Shown piece by piece: positions 9,181 through 17,026 of a DNA stretch of 28,639 bases. This DNA is from Candidatus Eiseniibacteriota bacterium. GTDB lineage: Bacteria > Eisenbacteria > RBG-16-71-46. The stretch is from positions 1 to 28,639 of the forward strand of contig JANLWX010000123.1 of assembly GCA_031364845.1 (NCBI GenBank), in the 5' to 3' direction. Within the stretch, counting starts at the first letter, position 1. Each line of letters starts with the position of its first letter. A program made the translations under genes and the position numbers. Below the pieces are notes generated by a model. It was not told where the DNA came from. It made no database searches and worked only from the letters and a program-made list of their open reading frames with translations.

Positions 9181-10179
9181 ATGAACCCGATCGCACCGTC
9201 GCGTCCTCTGCCCTGGCTGCTCGCGGCGCTGCTCATCGCACCCACGGTGCTCGCCCAATCGACGGCGCCCGGTCCGGCGCCGGTTTCCCCGGTGCCGGCA
9301 GTCGCGCCCGCAACGCCACGCCCCTCGCCGGTCAGCAGCATCCGCAACAAGATCTCCGCCGGCGACCTCCTCAGCGCGGAGTCGCTTCTCGAAGTGCATC
9401 GCGCGAAGAACGGCGAGGATGGCCCGGCGATCATCGGACTTTCGTGGCTCGCGCGGGGAGCACTGCTGCTGGGCGATCCCGCGAAGGCCGCGCGCTACGG
9501 GGCCGAAGTGCGGGAACACGTGAAGGAGCGGATCGCGGCGGGCGCCGAGCTCGCCAAGGACCATGATCTGGAATATGCGCTCGGCTCCGCGATCGAGGTC
9601 GAGGCACAACTCATCGAGCGCAAAGTCGGCGCGAAGCAGGCCGCAGAATTCGTGAGCGCCGAACTGACGCGCTGGCCAAAGCCGGCATCGCTGCGCGCGC
9701 GCCTCAACAAGCGCCTCGCTCTGCTCACGCTCGAAGGCACCCCGGCGCCGGAGCTGGTGGTCGAGGACTGGGTCGGCACCGCACCGCCCACCCTCGCATC
9801 GCTGCGCGGCAGTCCGGTGCTGCTCTACATCTGGTCGGAGTCGTGCGGGGACTGCAAGGCGCAATCGACTTCGCTCGCCAAGGTGAGCGCCCGTCATGCG
9901 GCAGCGGGACTGAAAGTCGTGGCGCTGACGCAGTACTACGAGGACCAGCCCCAAGCCCGGATCGCGGAGAAAGCGCGCGTCGACAGCGTGTGGAAGGATG
10001 TCTATCGCGACATGGGTCCCCAGCCGATCGTTCTGAGCAACGAATCGATGGTGCGCTACGGCGGGTCGAGCACGCCGACCCTGGTGTTCATCGACCGCGC
10101 GGGCATCGTGCGGCGCTACACACCCACGCGTCTCACGGAAGAGGAACTGGATCGGTCGATCGCCGCGCTTCTGAAGTAG
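9181..10179 (+). CDS. TlpA/ResA-like thioredoxin-fold protein with N-terminal helical domain
   Basis: Signal peptide; G.PAPEL, LRGSPVLLYIWSESCGDC (CxxC), TPTLVFIDRAG (cis-Pro motif). Confidence 0.85.
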   Translation: MNPIAPSRPLPWLLAALLIAPTVLAQSTAPGPAPVSPVPAVAPATPRPSPVSSIRNKISAGDLLSAESLLEVHRAKNGEDGPAIIGLSWLARGALLLGDPAKAARYGAEVREHVKERIAAGAELAKDHDLEYALGSAIEVEAQLIERKVGAKQAAEFVSAELTRWPKPASLRARLNKRLALLTLEGTPAPELVVEDWVGTAPPTLASLRGSPVLLYIWSESCGDCKAQSTSLAKVSARHAAAGLKVVALTQYYEDQPQARIAEKARVDSVWKDVYRDMGPQPIVLSNESMVRYGGSSTPTLVFIDRAGIVRRYTPTRLTEEELDRSIAALLK

Positions 10180-10378
10180 CTCCCGCGGCCAGTTCCTGTT
10201 CTCCCCCGCCCGTTCGGCAATTCGCGGCAGTCGAAAGCCGTGCGGCGAGGCGCGCATGGCAACGCATTTCCCTATCCTCGAAGCCCAGGTCTTACATCGA
10301 CGAAACCGTTTACACGGCGATCCGGGGCTCATCGGCCCCGGATCGTCGCGATTTTCGGGCGATTCCGCCGAATTCGTG

Positions 10379-10394
10379 TGGCACGCGCATTGCA
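10379..10394 (+). promoter_or_regulatory. Sigma54 (-24/-12) promoter
   Basis: TGGCACG-CGCA-TTGCA is a perfect consensus match (GG-N10-GC), intergenic, about 60 nt upstream of ATG 10453. Confidence 0.75.
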
Positions 10395-10452
10395 GAGAGT
10401 TCTCGCGAACATCTTGGTTCAAACCTTCACCCGTGCCGCGAGCGAGGACCCG

Positions 10453-12009
10453 ATGGATACCGGATCCGGCAGTACCCATTCCGTGTGGATGGAAGACGAG
10501 CGCCTGCGACGACGCAGGCCGATCGATCGTGATTTCGACGTGAACGTTTGCGTGATCGGAGCCGGGATCGCCGGCCTGTCGGTCGCATACCAGCTCGCGC
10601 GCAAGGGACAATCCGTCGTCGTGCTCGAAGACGGCGCGATCGGCAGCGGTGAGACTTCGCGCACGACGGCGCATCTCTCGAACGCGTTCGACGATCGCTA
10701 CGCGCGCGTCGCGCACCTGCACGGCGATGACGGCGCGCGCATCGTGGCCGAGAGTCACACGGCCGCGATCGACGCGATCGCGAACTCAGTGCGCGACGAG
10801 AAGATCGATTGCCGGTTCGAACGCGTCGACGGATATCTGTTCGTTCCTCCGGGCGATCCGCTCGACGAGCTCGAGCGCGAACTCGAAGCGTGTCACGCGG
10901 CCGGACTGCGCGATGTCGCGTGGGTGAACCGTGCGCCGATCGCTTCGTTCGACACCGGTCGCGCGCTCGTTTTTCCGGAGCAGGCGCAGTTCCATCCGTT
11001 GCGCTATCTCGAAGGGCTCGCGGTCGCGATCACGCGGCACAAAGGACGCATCTTCACCGGCACGCATGTCACCACCATCGAGCCGGGCAAGGACGGCGCA
11101 CCCTCCCGCGTCGAAACCGTGAACGGACCCAAGGTCACGGCGGAGCACGTGGTGGTGGCGACCAACACCCCGATCAACGACATGTTCACGCTGCACACCA
11201 AACAACATGCGTACCGCAGCTACGTGATCGCAGCACCGGTGCCGCGCGGATCGTTGAGTGCCGCGTTGTTGTGGGACACCGCGCATCCTTATCACTATGC
11301 GCGTGTGTCGCAGCGCGACGACGACAGCGACGACGTGCTGATCGTGGGCGGCGAAGATCACAAGACCGGCCAGGAGGACGATGCGGAGATTCGCTACGGC
11401 CGCCTCGACCAGTGGGCGCGCGAACGCTTCCCGATGATGGGCGAGATCGAGACGCGCTGGTCGGGGCAGGTCATGGAACCGGTCGATGCGGTGGCGTACA
11501 TCGGGCTCAATCCCGGCGACGAGAACATCTGGGTGGTGACGGGCGACTCCGGCAATGGGATGACGCACGGGGCGATCGCCGGCCTGCTGCTGCGCGATCT
11601 GATCCTCGGACGCGAGAACCGGTGGGCCAAACTCTACGACCCGAGCCGCAAGTCGCTGCGCGCGGCCCTCGACTACGCCAAGGAGAATCTCAACATGGCC
11701 GCCCAGTATTCTCGCTGGGTGACGGGCGGCGACGTCTCGGATCGCGCGGACATCCCGCGCGAGTGCGGGGCGGTGATGCGCCACGGATTGAAGAAAGTCG
11801 CGGTCTATCGCGATGCGAAAGGCGCGTACCACGAGTGCTCGGCCGTGTGCCCGCACCTGGGAGCGATCGTGACCTGGAACACCGATGAGAAGACCTGGGA
11901 TTGCCCGGCGCACGGTTCGCGCTTCGATGCGAAGGGGAAGGTCATCAACGGACCCGCAAACGTGGATCTGAGCCCGGTCGAAGAAGACGCGCACGCCGCC
12001 GACAAGTAG
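10453..12009 (+). CDS. FAD-dependent oxidoreductase with C-terminal Rieske [2Fe-2S] domain (YhfW-like)
   Basis: VIGAGIAG Rossmann motif, GETSRTTAHL, GDSGNGMTHG, CPHLG...CPAHGS. GAGG SD before ATG 10453. Confidence 0.92.
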   Translation: MDTGSGSTHSVWMEDERLRRRRPIDRDFDVNVCVIGAGIAGLSVAYQLARKGQSVVVLEDGAIGSGETSRTTAHLSNAFDDRYARVAHLHGDDGARIVAESHTAAIDAIANSVRDEKIDCRFERVDGYLFVPPGDPLDELERELEACHAAGLRDVAWVNRAPIASFDTGRALVFPEQAQFHPLRYLEGLAVAITRHKGRIFTGTHVTTIEPGKDGAPSRVETVNGPKVTAEHVVVATNTPINDMFTLHTKQHAYRSYVIAAPVPRGSLSAALLWDTAHPYHYARVSQRDDDSDDVLIVGGEDHKTGQEDDAEIRYGRLDQWARERFPMMGEIETRWSGQVMEPVDAVAYIGLNPGDENIWVVTGDSGNGMTHGAIAGLLLRDLILGRENRWAKLYDPSRKSLRAALDYAKENLNMAAQYSRWVTGGDVSDRADIPRECGAVMRHGLKKVAVYRDAKGAYHECSAVCPHLGAIVTWNTDEKTWDCPAHGSRFDAKGKVINGPANVDLSPVEEDAHAADK

Positions 12010-12021
12010 TACAGTTCCCGC

Positions 12022-13266
12022 GTGAATCGCACGACGGTCGAACTCTCGGCACTCGCGTTCCAGGCGCTGGTCACGGCGCTGCTCGCGCTCGTCTACTACG
12101 CGCTGTGGCGTAGCCGGCGGCGCGCTTACGACGCCACGTGGTCGATGGCGTGGGCTGCCTACGCCGCACGGCTCGCGTTCATTTCGGCGTTCATCGTCAC
12201 CCGTAACGAAGTGTGGCTGTTCCTGCACCAGGTGGGGACCGGCGTCAACGCGATTCTGCTGTTGTACGGCGCGCTGCAGTTCTCGCGCGACGCGCGCTGG
12301 CCCGCGTCGCGGTTCGCGTGGCTCGGCGTGATCGTGGTCGTGAGTTCTTACGTGCTCGTGTATCTCGTCCACAACGTGATGATCGCCGGGATCTTCTCGG
12401 TGGTGCTGCTGTCGGCGGTCACGCTGTGGACGGGATCGGTGTTCTGGAAATCGCGTGCGCGCGAGCGCTCGGGCGGCGCCACGCTGCTCGCCTTGAACTT
12501 CACGCTGTGGGGCATTCACCACCTCGATTATCCGCTGCTGCGCCCACTCGGGACCGGCGTGCTGTTCGGCGTGTATGCGGACGTGGTGTTCATCGTCGCG
12601 ACCGCGATCGGCGCGTTGTTCCTGGTGCTCGACCACGACCGGCGCTCGCTCGAGGAACGCCGCGGCCAGCTCGAACAGCTCACTCGGCTGCTGCTCACCG
12701 CGCAGGAGGACGAACGCCGGCGCATCGCGCGCGAGCTGCACGACGAGGCGGGCCAGATCTTGACCGCGGTGAAGATCGACCTCGATCTCTCGGGGCAGCG
12801 CGCCTCGAGCGAGCTGGTCGGCAAGGCGATCGCGCAGGTGCGCGATCTCAGCAATCTGCTGCGCCCAACCGTGCTCGATGATCTCGGCCTCTTGCCCGCG
12901 GTACGTGCTTTGGTGGAGGATTTCGCCATGCGAACCCGGATCCCCACCGAACTCGACGCTCCGCACGAGCTCCGTGACGTTACGCCCGAGCAGCAGGTTG
13001 CGATCTATCGCATCGTGCAGGAGGCGCTGACCAACGTCGCGCGCCACGCCGAAGCGAGCCGGGTGCGCGTGTGCCTCGAAGGCGATCGCGGCGGCGTGCG
13101 GCTCGAGATCACCGACGACGGCCGTGGTGCTAAGGACGGCGTGGCGCCGAATTTGGGATTGCTCGGCATGCGCGAGCGCGTCTCAGCACTCGGCGGCACG
13201 CTCGAAACCGGCAGCCACGATCGCGGCGGGTTCCGCATCGTCGCGTGCATCCCGGCGGCGGCATGA
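12022..13266 (+). CDS. Sensor histidine kinase (HisKA_3/NarX-like) with ~7-TM input domain
   Basis: ERRRIARELHDEAGQ H-box, QEALTNVARHA N-box, DDGRG, LGLLGMRER. Confidence 0.93.
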   Translation: MNRTTVELSALAFQALVTALLALVYYALWRSRRRAYDATWSMAWAAYAARLAFISAFIVTRNEVWLFLHQVGTGVNAILLLYGALQFSRDARWPASRFAWLGVIVVVSSYVLVYLVHNVMIAGIFSVVLLSAVTLWTGSVFWKSRARERSGGATLLALNFTLWGIHHLDYPLLRPLGTGVLFGVYADVVFIVATAIGALFLVLDHDRRSLEERRGQLEQLTRLLLTAQEDERRRIARELHDEAGQILTAVKIDLDLSGQRASSELVGKAIAQVRDLSNLLRPTVLDDLGLLPAVRALVEDFAMRTRIPTELDAPHELRDVTPEQQVAIYRIVQEALTNVARHAEASRVRVCLEGDRGGVRLEITDDGRGAKDGVAPNLGLLGMRERVSALGGTLETGSHDRGGFRIVACIPAAA

Positions 13267-13916
13267 GCGAACGCACGCGGGTGCTGCTGGCCGACGACCA
13301 CACGCTGGTGCGGGCCGGGCTGCGCAAGATCCTCGAGTCGAGCGACACGATCGAAGTCGTCGGCGAGGTCGCCAACGGCAACGATGCACTCGCGCGGATC
13401 GCAGAGGGCGGAGTCGACGTGATCGTGCTCGACCTCACGATGCCGGGCATGGACGGGCTCGAGACGCTGCGCCACATCGAAGCCGAGCACCCCGAGGTGA
13501 AGGTGCTGGTGCTCACCATGCACGCCGACAGCGAACACGCGGTGCGCGCGATTCGCGACGGCGCCGAGGGTTACCTGCTCAAGGACTCGGCGGCGGACGA
13601 TCTGGTGGCGGGCATCGAGGCGGTGATGGCGAATCGTGCCTACTACAGTGAGCCGGTGCAGCGCGCGCTGTCGGATCTGGTGCGCAGCGGCACGCCGCAG
13701 CGGCGCCCCGCAGATTTGCTGACCGAGCGCGAACTCGAGGTGCTGAAGCTGGTGGCGCGCGGATTGTCGACCAAGGAAATCGCGAGCAAACTCGACATCA
13801 GCGGCCGCACCGTCGAGACGCACCGGGCGAATCTCATGCGCAAACTGGCGCTCAAGTCGGTGGCGCTTCTCACGCAGCTTGCGATCCGCGAAGGGTTGAT
13901 CGAGGAAGATCGATGA
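13263..13916 (+). CDS. NarL/FixJ-family response regulator
   Basis: LADDH, VLDLTMPGMDG, GYLLK, LTERELEVLKL..G...KEIA..L.IS..TVETHR. ATGA overlap with the kinase. Confidence 0.95.
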   Translation: MSERTRVLLADDHTLVRAGLRKILESSDTIEVVGEVANGNDALARIAEGGVDVIVLDLTMPGMDGLETLRHIEAEHPEVKVLVLTMHADSEHAVRAIRDGAEGYLLKDSAADDLVAGIEAVMANRAYYSEPVQRALSDLVRSGTPQRRPADLLTERELEVLKLVARGLSTKEIASKLDISGRTVETHRANLMRKLALKSVALLTQLAIREGLIEEDR

Positions 13917-14287
13917 CGGGCGGCGCGCCGGATCCCTTGATTCTGTCCACGCGCATCGCGCCCGAAGCACTGGCGGAAAGGGTGACGTATTTCTTCGATG
14001 ACATGGTGAAGTACGTCGCCGACATCGAACGAGGGATCGTTGCGATCGGTGCAGACATGCACGCCGATCTCGAGGCGGTGCTGATCGCGGATGGAAGCCG
14101 TCAGTCGGACCTGTGGGGCGCGAACTATCTGCCCGGGCGTGGCCGCGACGATTGCATCGAGTACACCTCGCTCATCAACATCCGTCCGTCGCAAGGCAAC
14201 CCGGCCATGACGGTCGAGGATCCCGCGATTCGAGAGAGAATTCGCGAGGTGACGTTCGAACTCATCGGCCACGGCGAGGCGCTCTGA
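13913..14287 (+). CDS. DUF5674-family protein
   Basis: MVKYVADI, MHADLE..L...GS.Q.DLWGAN, IEYTSLINIRPSQGN match the family pattern as recalled. ATGA overlap with the RR. Confidence 0.8.
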   Translation: MTGGAPDPLILSTRIAPEALAERVTYFFDDMVKYVADIERGIVAIGADMHADLEAVLIADGSRQSDLWGANYLPGRGRDDCIEYTSLINIRPSQGNPAMTVEDPAIRERIREVTFELIGHGEAL

Positions 14288-14288
14288 C

Positions 14289-14645
14289 GTGGCCCGGCAA
14301 CATGCTTCGATCACGCTCGAGCGCTGGGCGCAATTCGATTTCGCTCAGCAGGTGTTGATGATCGCAAACGAGTTGCACCGCGGCTCGCGCCTCCTCGGCG
14401 TTTCCCCGGATGACACAGCGGCACGCCGGCGCTGCTATGAACGCGTGTTGCAATTGTCCGACCTCACGAGCGCGGTGCAGACTCGCGGCGGCGCTCGGCG
14501 CGAGTTGCGGCGGTGGCGAGAGATGCTCGCGGGGCTTTACAGCGCGGGCGCGCCCGATCGCGCGATGCATTTGGATCTACTGCGCTGCCTGTTGTGTTTC
14601 ACCCGGGAGTCGGCGCGCCAGATTCCATTTGTTGCGCCCCGCTGA
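14289..14645 (+). CDS. Small all-helical hypothetical protein (DUF5674 partner)
   Basis: GTG start 1 nt after the DUF5674 stop; QH...ERW....QQVLMIANELHR...YERVLQLSDLT...RELRRWRE. Confidence 0.7.
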   Translation: MARQHASITLERWAQFDFAQQVLMIANELHRGSRLLGVSPDDTAARRRCYERVLQLSDLTSAVQTRGGARRELRRWREMLAGLYSAGAPDRAMHLDLLRCLLCFTRESARQIPFVAPR

Positions 14646-14810
14646 ACCGGTTCTCCACCGGTTATCCACTTTCTGCACCGCGCCGGTTCCGTAGCACTAC
14701 GGACGCGCTTCTCAGCATACAACCGAATAGATATGACTGCGGTCGCGGCACTATCTTGCTTGTCGAACGATGTTCCTCTGTCGACGCAGGTGGTTCTGGA
14801 GACGGCTTTC

Positions 14811-17021
14811 ATGTTCTGGAAATCCGCCACGTTTTCACGGGGGTTCCTCCCTTCCCACTCGCAACCGCTCCTTGCGCTCTTTGTGATCGCGTGGACATGG
14901 GGCATCGGTCTGAAACCCGTAATGGCGTCCGGCGTCGCGATTGACTCCAGCAGCACCACCTCGCATCCAGCGACGTCGGACCCAGATTCCTCCGCCCTTC
15001 AGCTGCGCAGCGTTCCGCGCAGCGTGCGCGACACCATCACCGTGCTGCCTCCGGTCCAGGTTCCTGCCCGCCGCACCGCGACGACCACCCGCGAAACCGC
15101 GACCAGCGTGCGCGTCGAGCGCGCCGCCGCGACGCGCTTCCTGCCGAACACCGTGGGTGATGCGCTCGCCACCGTGCCGGGCGTCGATCTCGTGAAGACG
15201 GGTCCGTGGTCCACGCGCCTCTCACTGCGCGGACTCTATGGTGATCGCGTGCTGTTCCTGGTCGACGGCGTGCGCATGAACTCGCTGCGCGGGCACGGCA
15301 CACAGCTTTCGCTGGTCTCGCTCGACCGCGTCTCGGCGGTCGAAGTGATGCCGGGTGCGGCGAGTGCGCAGTTCGGCACCAACGCGCTCGCGGGCGTCGT
15401 GAATGTGATCACCCATCGCAGCCTGTTCTCGGACATCCCCCAGAGCTCCGTCGTGCTCGGAGCGCGCGGCTCGGAGCCGGGTGGCTCGTACGCCGAGAGC
15501 GCCAGACTGCGATTCCTCTCGCGCAACTTCGGGTTCGAGATGCTGGGCGGCGTGGGGCAACTCGATCATCTGCGCACGCCCGCCGGCATCGTGCCCAACA
15601 GCGGCAATCGTGAAGACAACTACGCGCTGCGCGGTGGCGCGCGCTTCGGAGTGGCATCACTCGATGTCGAGCACTCGCATCATGCGGCGCGCGACGTCGG
15701 ACTTCCCGGTTTCACGGGGGGCGCTGTAATCGCGGGTTCATATCCGTTACAGGGGCGAGATGCCCAGCGGGTCGAGCTCACGGTGAAGGGGAACGGCGCC
15801 CTCCCGGATCTTCGTGTTCTCGGCGTGCACCAGCAGCTCCGCAATCACTTCGCGGAGACCTCGGTCGAGAGCACGTTCGTGCGCGGTCGTTTCATCTCGA
15901 CCCGCACACGCGATGCGCGCGACCGCGTCACGACGCGCGCGACGAGCGTGGAACCCTCGCTGTTCTTCGGCGGCCCGCTCGCGGTTCGAGCGTTCGGCGA
16001 ATACCGGCACGAAACGGCGAGCGGCCCCCTGCTCCAGGATTTCGTGACCCGTGATCGCGACGGCAACGTCACCGCGAGCGGCACGAGCGTGACGCAGAGC
16101 GTGGCGCCCGCGAAGCGCGACGGCTTCGGTGCGGGCGTGTCCGCGACCCGCACCGAGTATGGCGTGCGGCTCGAATCGAGCGTGCGTTACGACGAGCTCG
16201 CTTCGCGGGCCGAGGCGAACGACACCAAGCAGATTCCGGCGATCGGCGTCACGGACCGGCGCTGGACCGCCGACTTCGGAGCCGCGCGCGCGATCGGAGC
16301 CGTCGAGCCCTACGCGCACATCTCGACCGGTTTTCGCGCGCCGAACCTCGACGAGCGCTTCTTCGACGGCAACGTGCACGGCGGGCTGCGGTTGTTCGGC
16401 AATCCCGATCTCGAGAGCGAGCACGGCCGCTCCTACGAGTTCGGCGTGCGCGCCACCGACGGCGCATATCCGTGGCTGCGAACCGCGCGAATTTCGGCCT
16501 ATCGATCGGACGTCCGCGATCTCGTCAGCTTCCGCTACATCGGCCAGCTCTATCTGGTGCCGCGCTTCCAGTACTTCAACGTGCGCGACGCGCGCATCGA
16601 GGGGGTCGAGGCCACCGTGCAACTGCGATCGGCGGGCTGGGAGCTCGGGATGAACGCTTCGCTGCCGCGCAGCGAGGACCGCGCGACCGGCAAGCCGCTC
16701 GACGACGCGGGCGCGACGCGCGCTTCGATCGAAGTGCAGGCCCCGGCACGCCGCCTGCTGCCCAACGGCGGCGTGGGCGTGCGTGCGCGCTGGGTCGATG
16801 CAGTCACGAAGGTCAGCGAATCGCTGCGCACGCCCGCGTTCTGGACCACGTCGGTGCAGGCCGACTGCGTGATCGGCGGCGTGCGCGCCGTGCTGGCCGT
16901 GAACAATTTGTGGAACAACGCCTACCGCGAGCCGATGAGTTTCATTGCGGAGCCAGGCAGGACTTACGCCTTTTCGCTCTACCGCGACTTCAGCATGTCG
17001 CTGCCATTTACGAAGGAGTGA
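14811..17021 (+). CDS. TonB-dependent receptor
   Basis: Plug motifs (DALATVPGV, LSLRG, LVDGV, VEVMPG..SAQFG..ALAGVVNVIT), GFRAPNLDE, GNPDLESE, VNNLWN..Y, PGRTY. Start set at ATG 14811 (GGAG upstream). Confidence 0.93.
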   Translation: MFWKSATFSRGFLPSHSQPLLALFVIAWTWGIGLKPVMASGVAIDSSSTTSHPATSDPDSSALQLRSVPRSVRDTITVLPPVQVPARRTATTTRETATSVRVERAAATRFLPNTVGDALATVPGVDLVKTGPWSTRLSLRGLYGDRVLFLVDGVRMNSLRGHGTQLSLVSLDRVSAVEVMPGAASAQFGTNALAGVVNVITHRSLFSDIPQSSVVLGARGSEPGGSYAESARLRFLSRNFGFEMLGGVGQLDHLRTPAGIVPNSGNREDNYALRGGARFGVASLDVEHSHHAARDVGLPGFTGGAVIAGSYPLQGRDAQRVELTVKGNGALPDLRVLGVHQQLRNHFAETSVESTFVRGRFISTRTRDARDRVTTRATSVEPSLFFGGPLAVRAFGEYRHETASGPLLQDFVTRDRDGNVTASGTSVTQSVAPAKRDGFGAGVSATRTEYGVRLESSVRYDELASRAEANDTKQIPAIGVTDRRWTADFGAARAIGAVEPYAHISTGFRAPNLDERFFDGNVHGGLRLFGNPDLESEHGRSYEFGVRATDGAYPWLRTARISAYRSDVRDLVSFRYIGQLYLVPRFQYFNVRDARIEGVEATVQLRSAGWELGMNASLPRSEDRATGKPLDDAGATRASIEVQAPARRLLPNGGVGVRARWVDAVTKVSESLRTPAFWTTSVQADCVIGGVRAVLAVNNLWNNAYREPMSFIAEPGRTYAFSLYRDFSMSLPFTKE

Positions 17022-17026
17022 GTCGT

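Noticed and set aside
10240..10452. Upstream extension of the oxidoreductase ORF
   Set aside because: The region holds the sigma54 promoter; the SD supports ATG 10453.
9022..13047. Long antisense ORFs (578 aa, 753 aa) and similar shadows elsewhere such as 24988..26832
   Set aside because: Expected shadow frames in high-GC coding DNA; no motifs.
14646..14810. oriC or cobalamin riboswitch
   Set aside because: No perfect DnaA boxes, no dnaA/dnaN context or extended AT-rich element, and no B12-box motifs.
16472..17026. Upstream extension of the 910-aa ORF
   Set aside because: It lies inside the TonB receptor; the SD and signal peptide start at ~17027.
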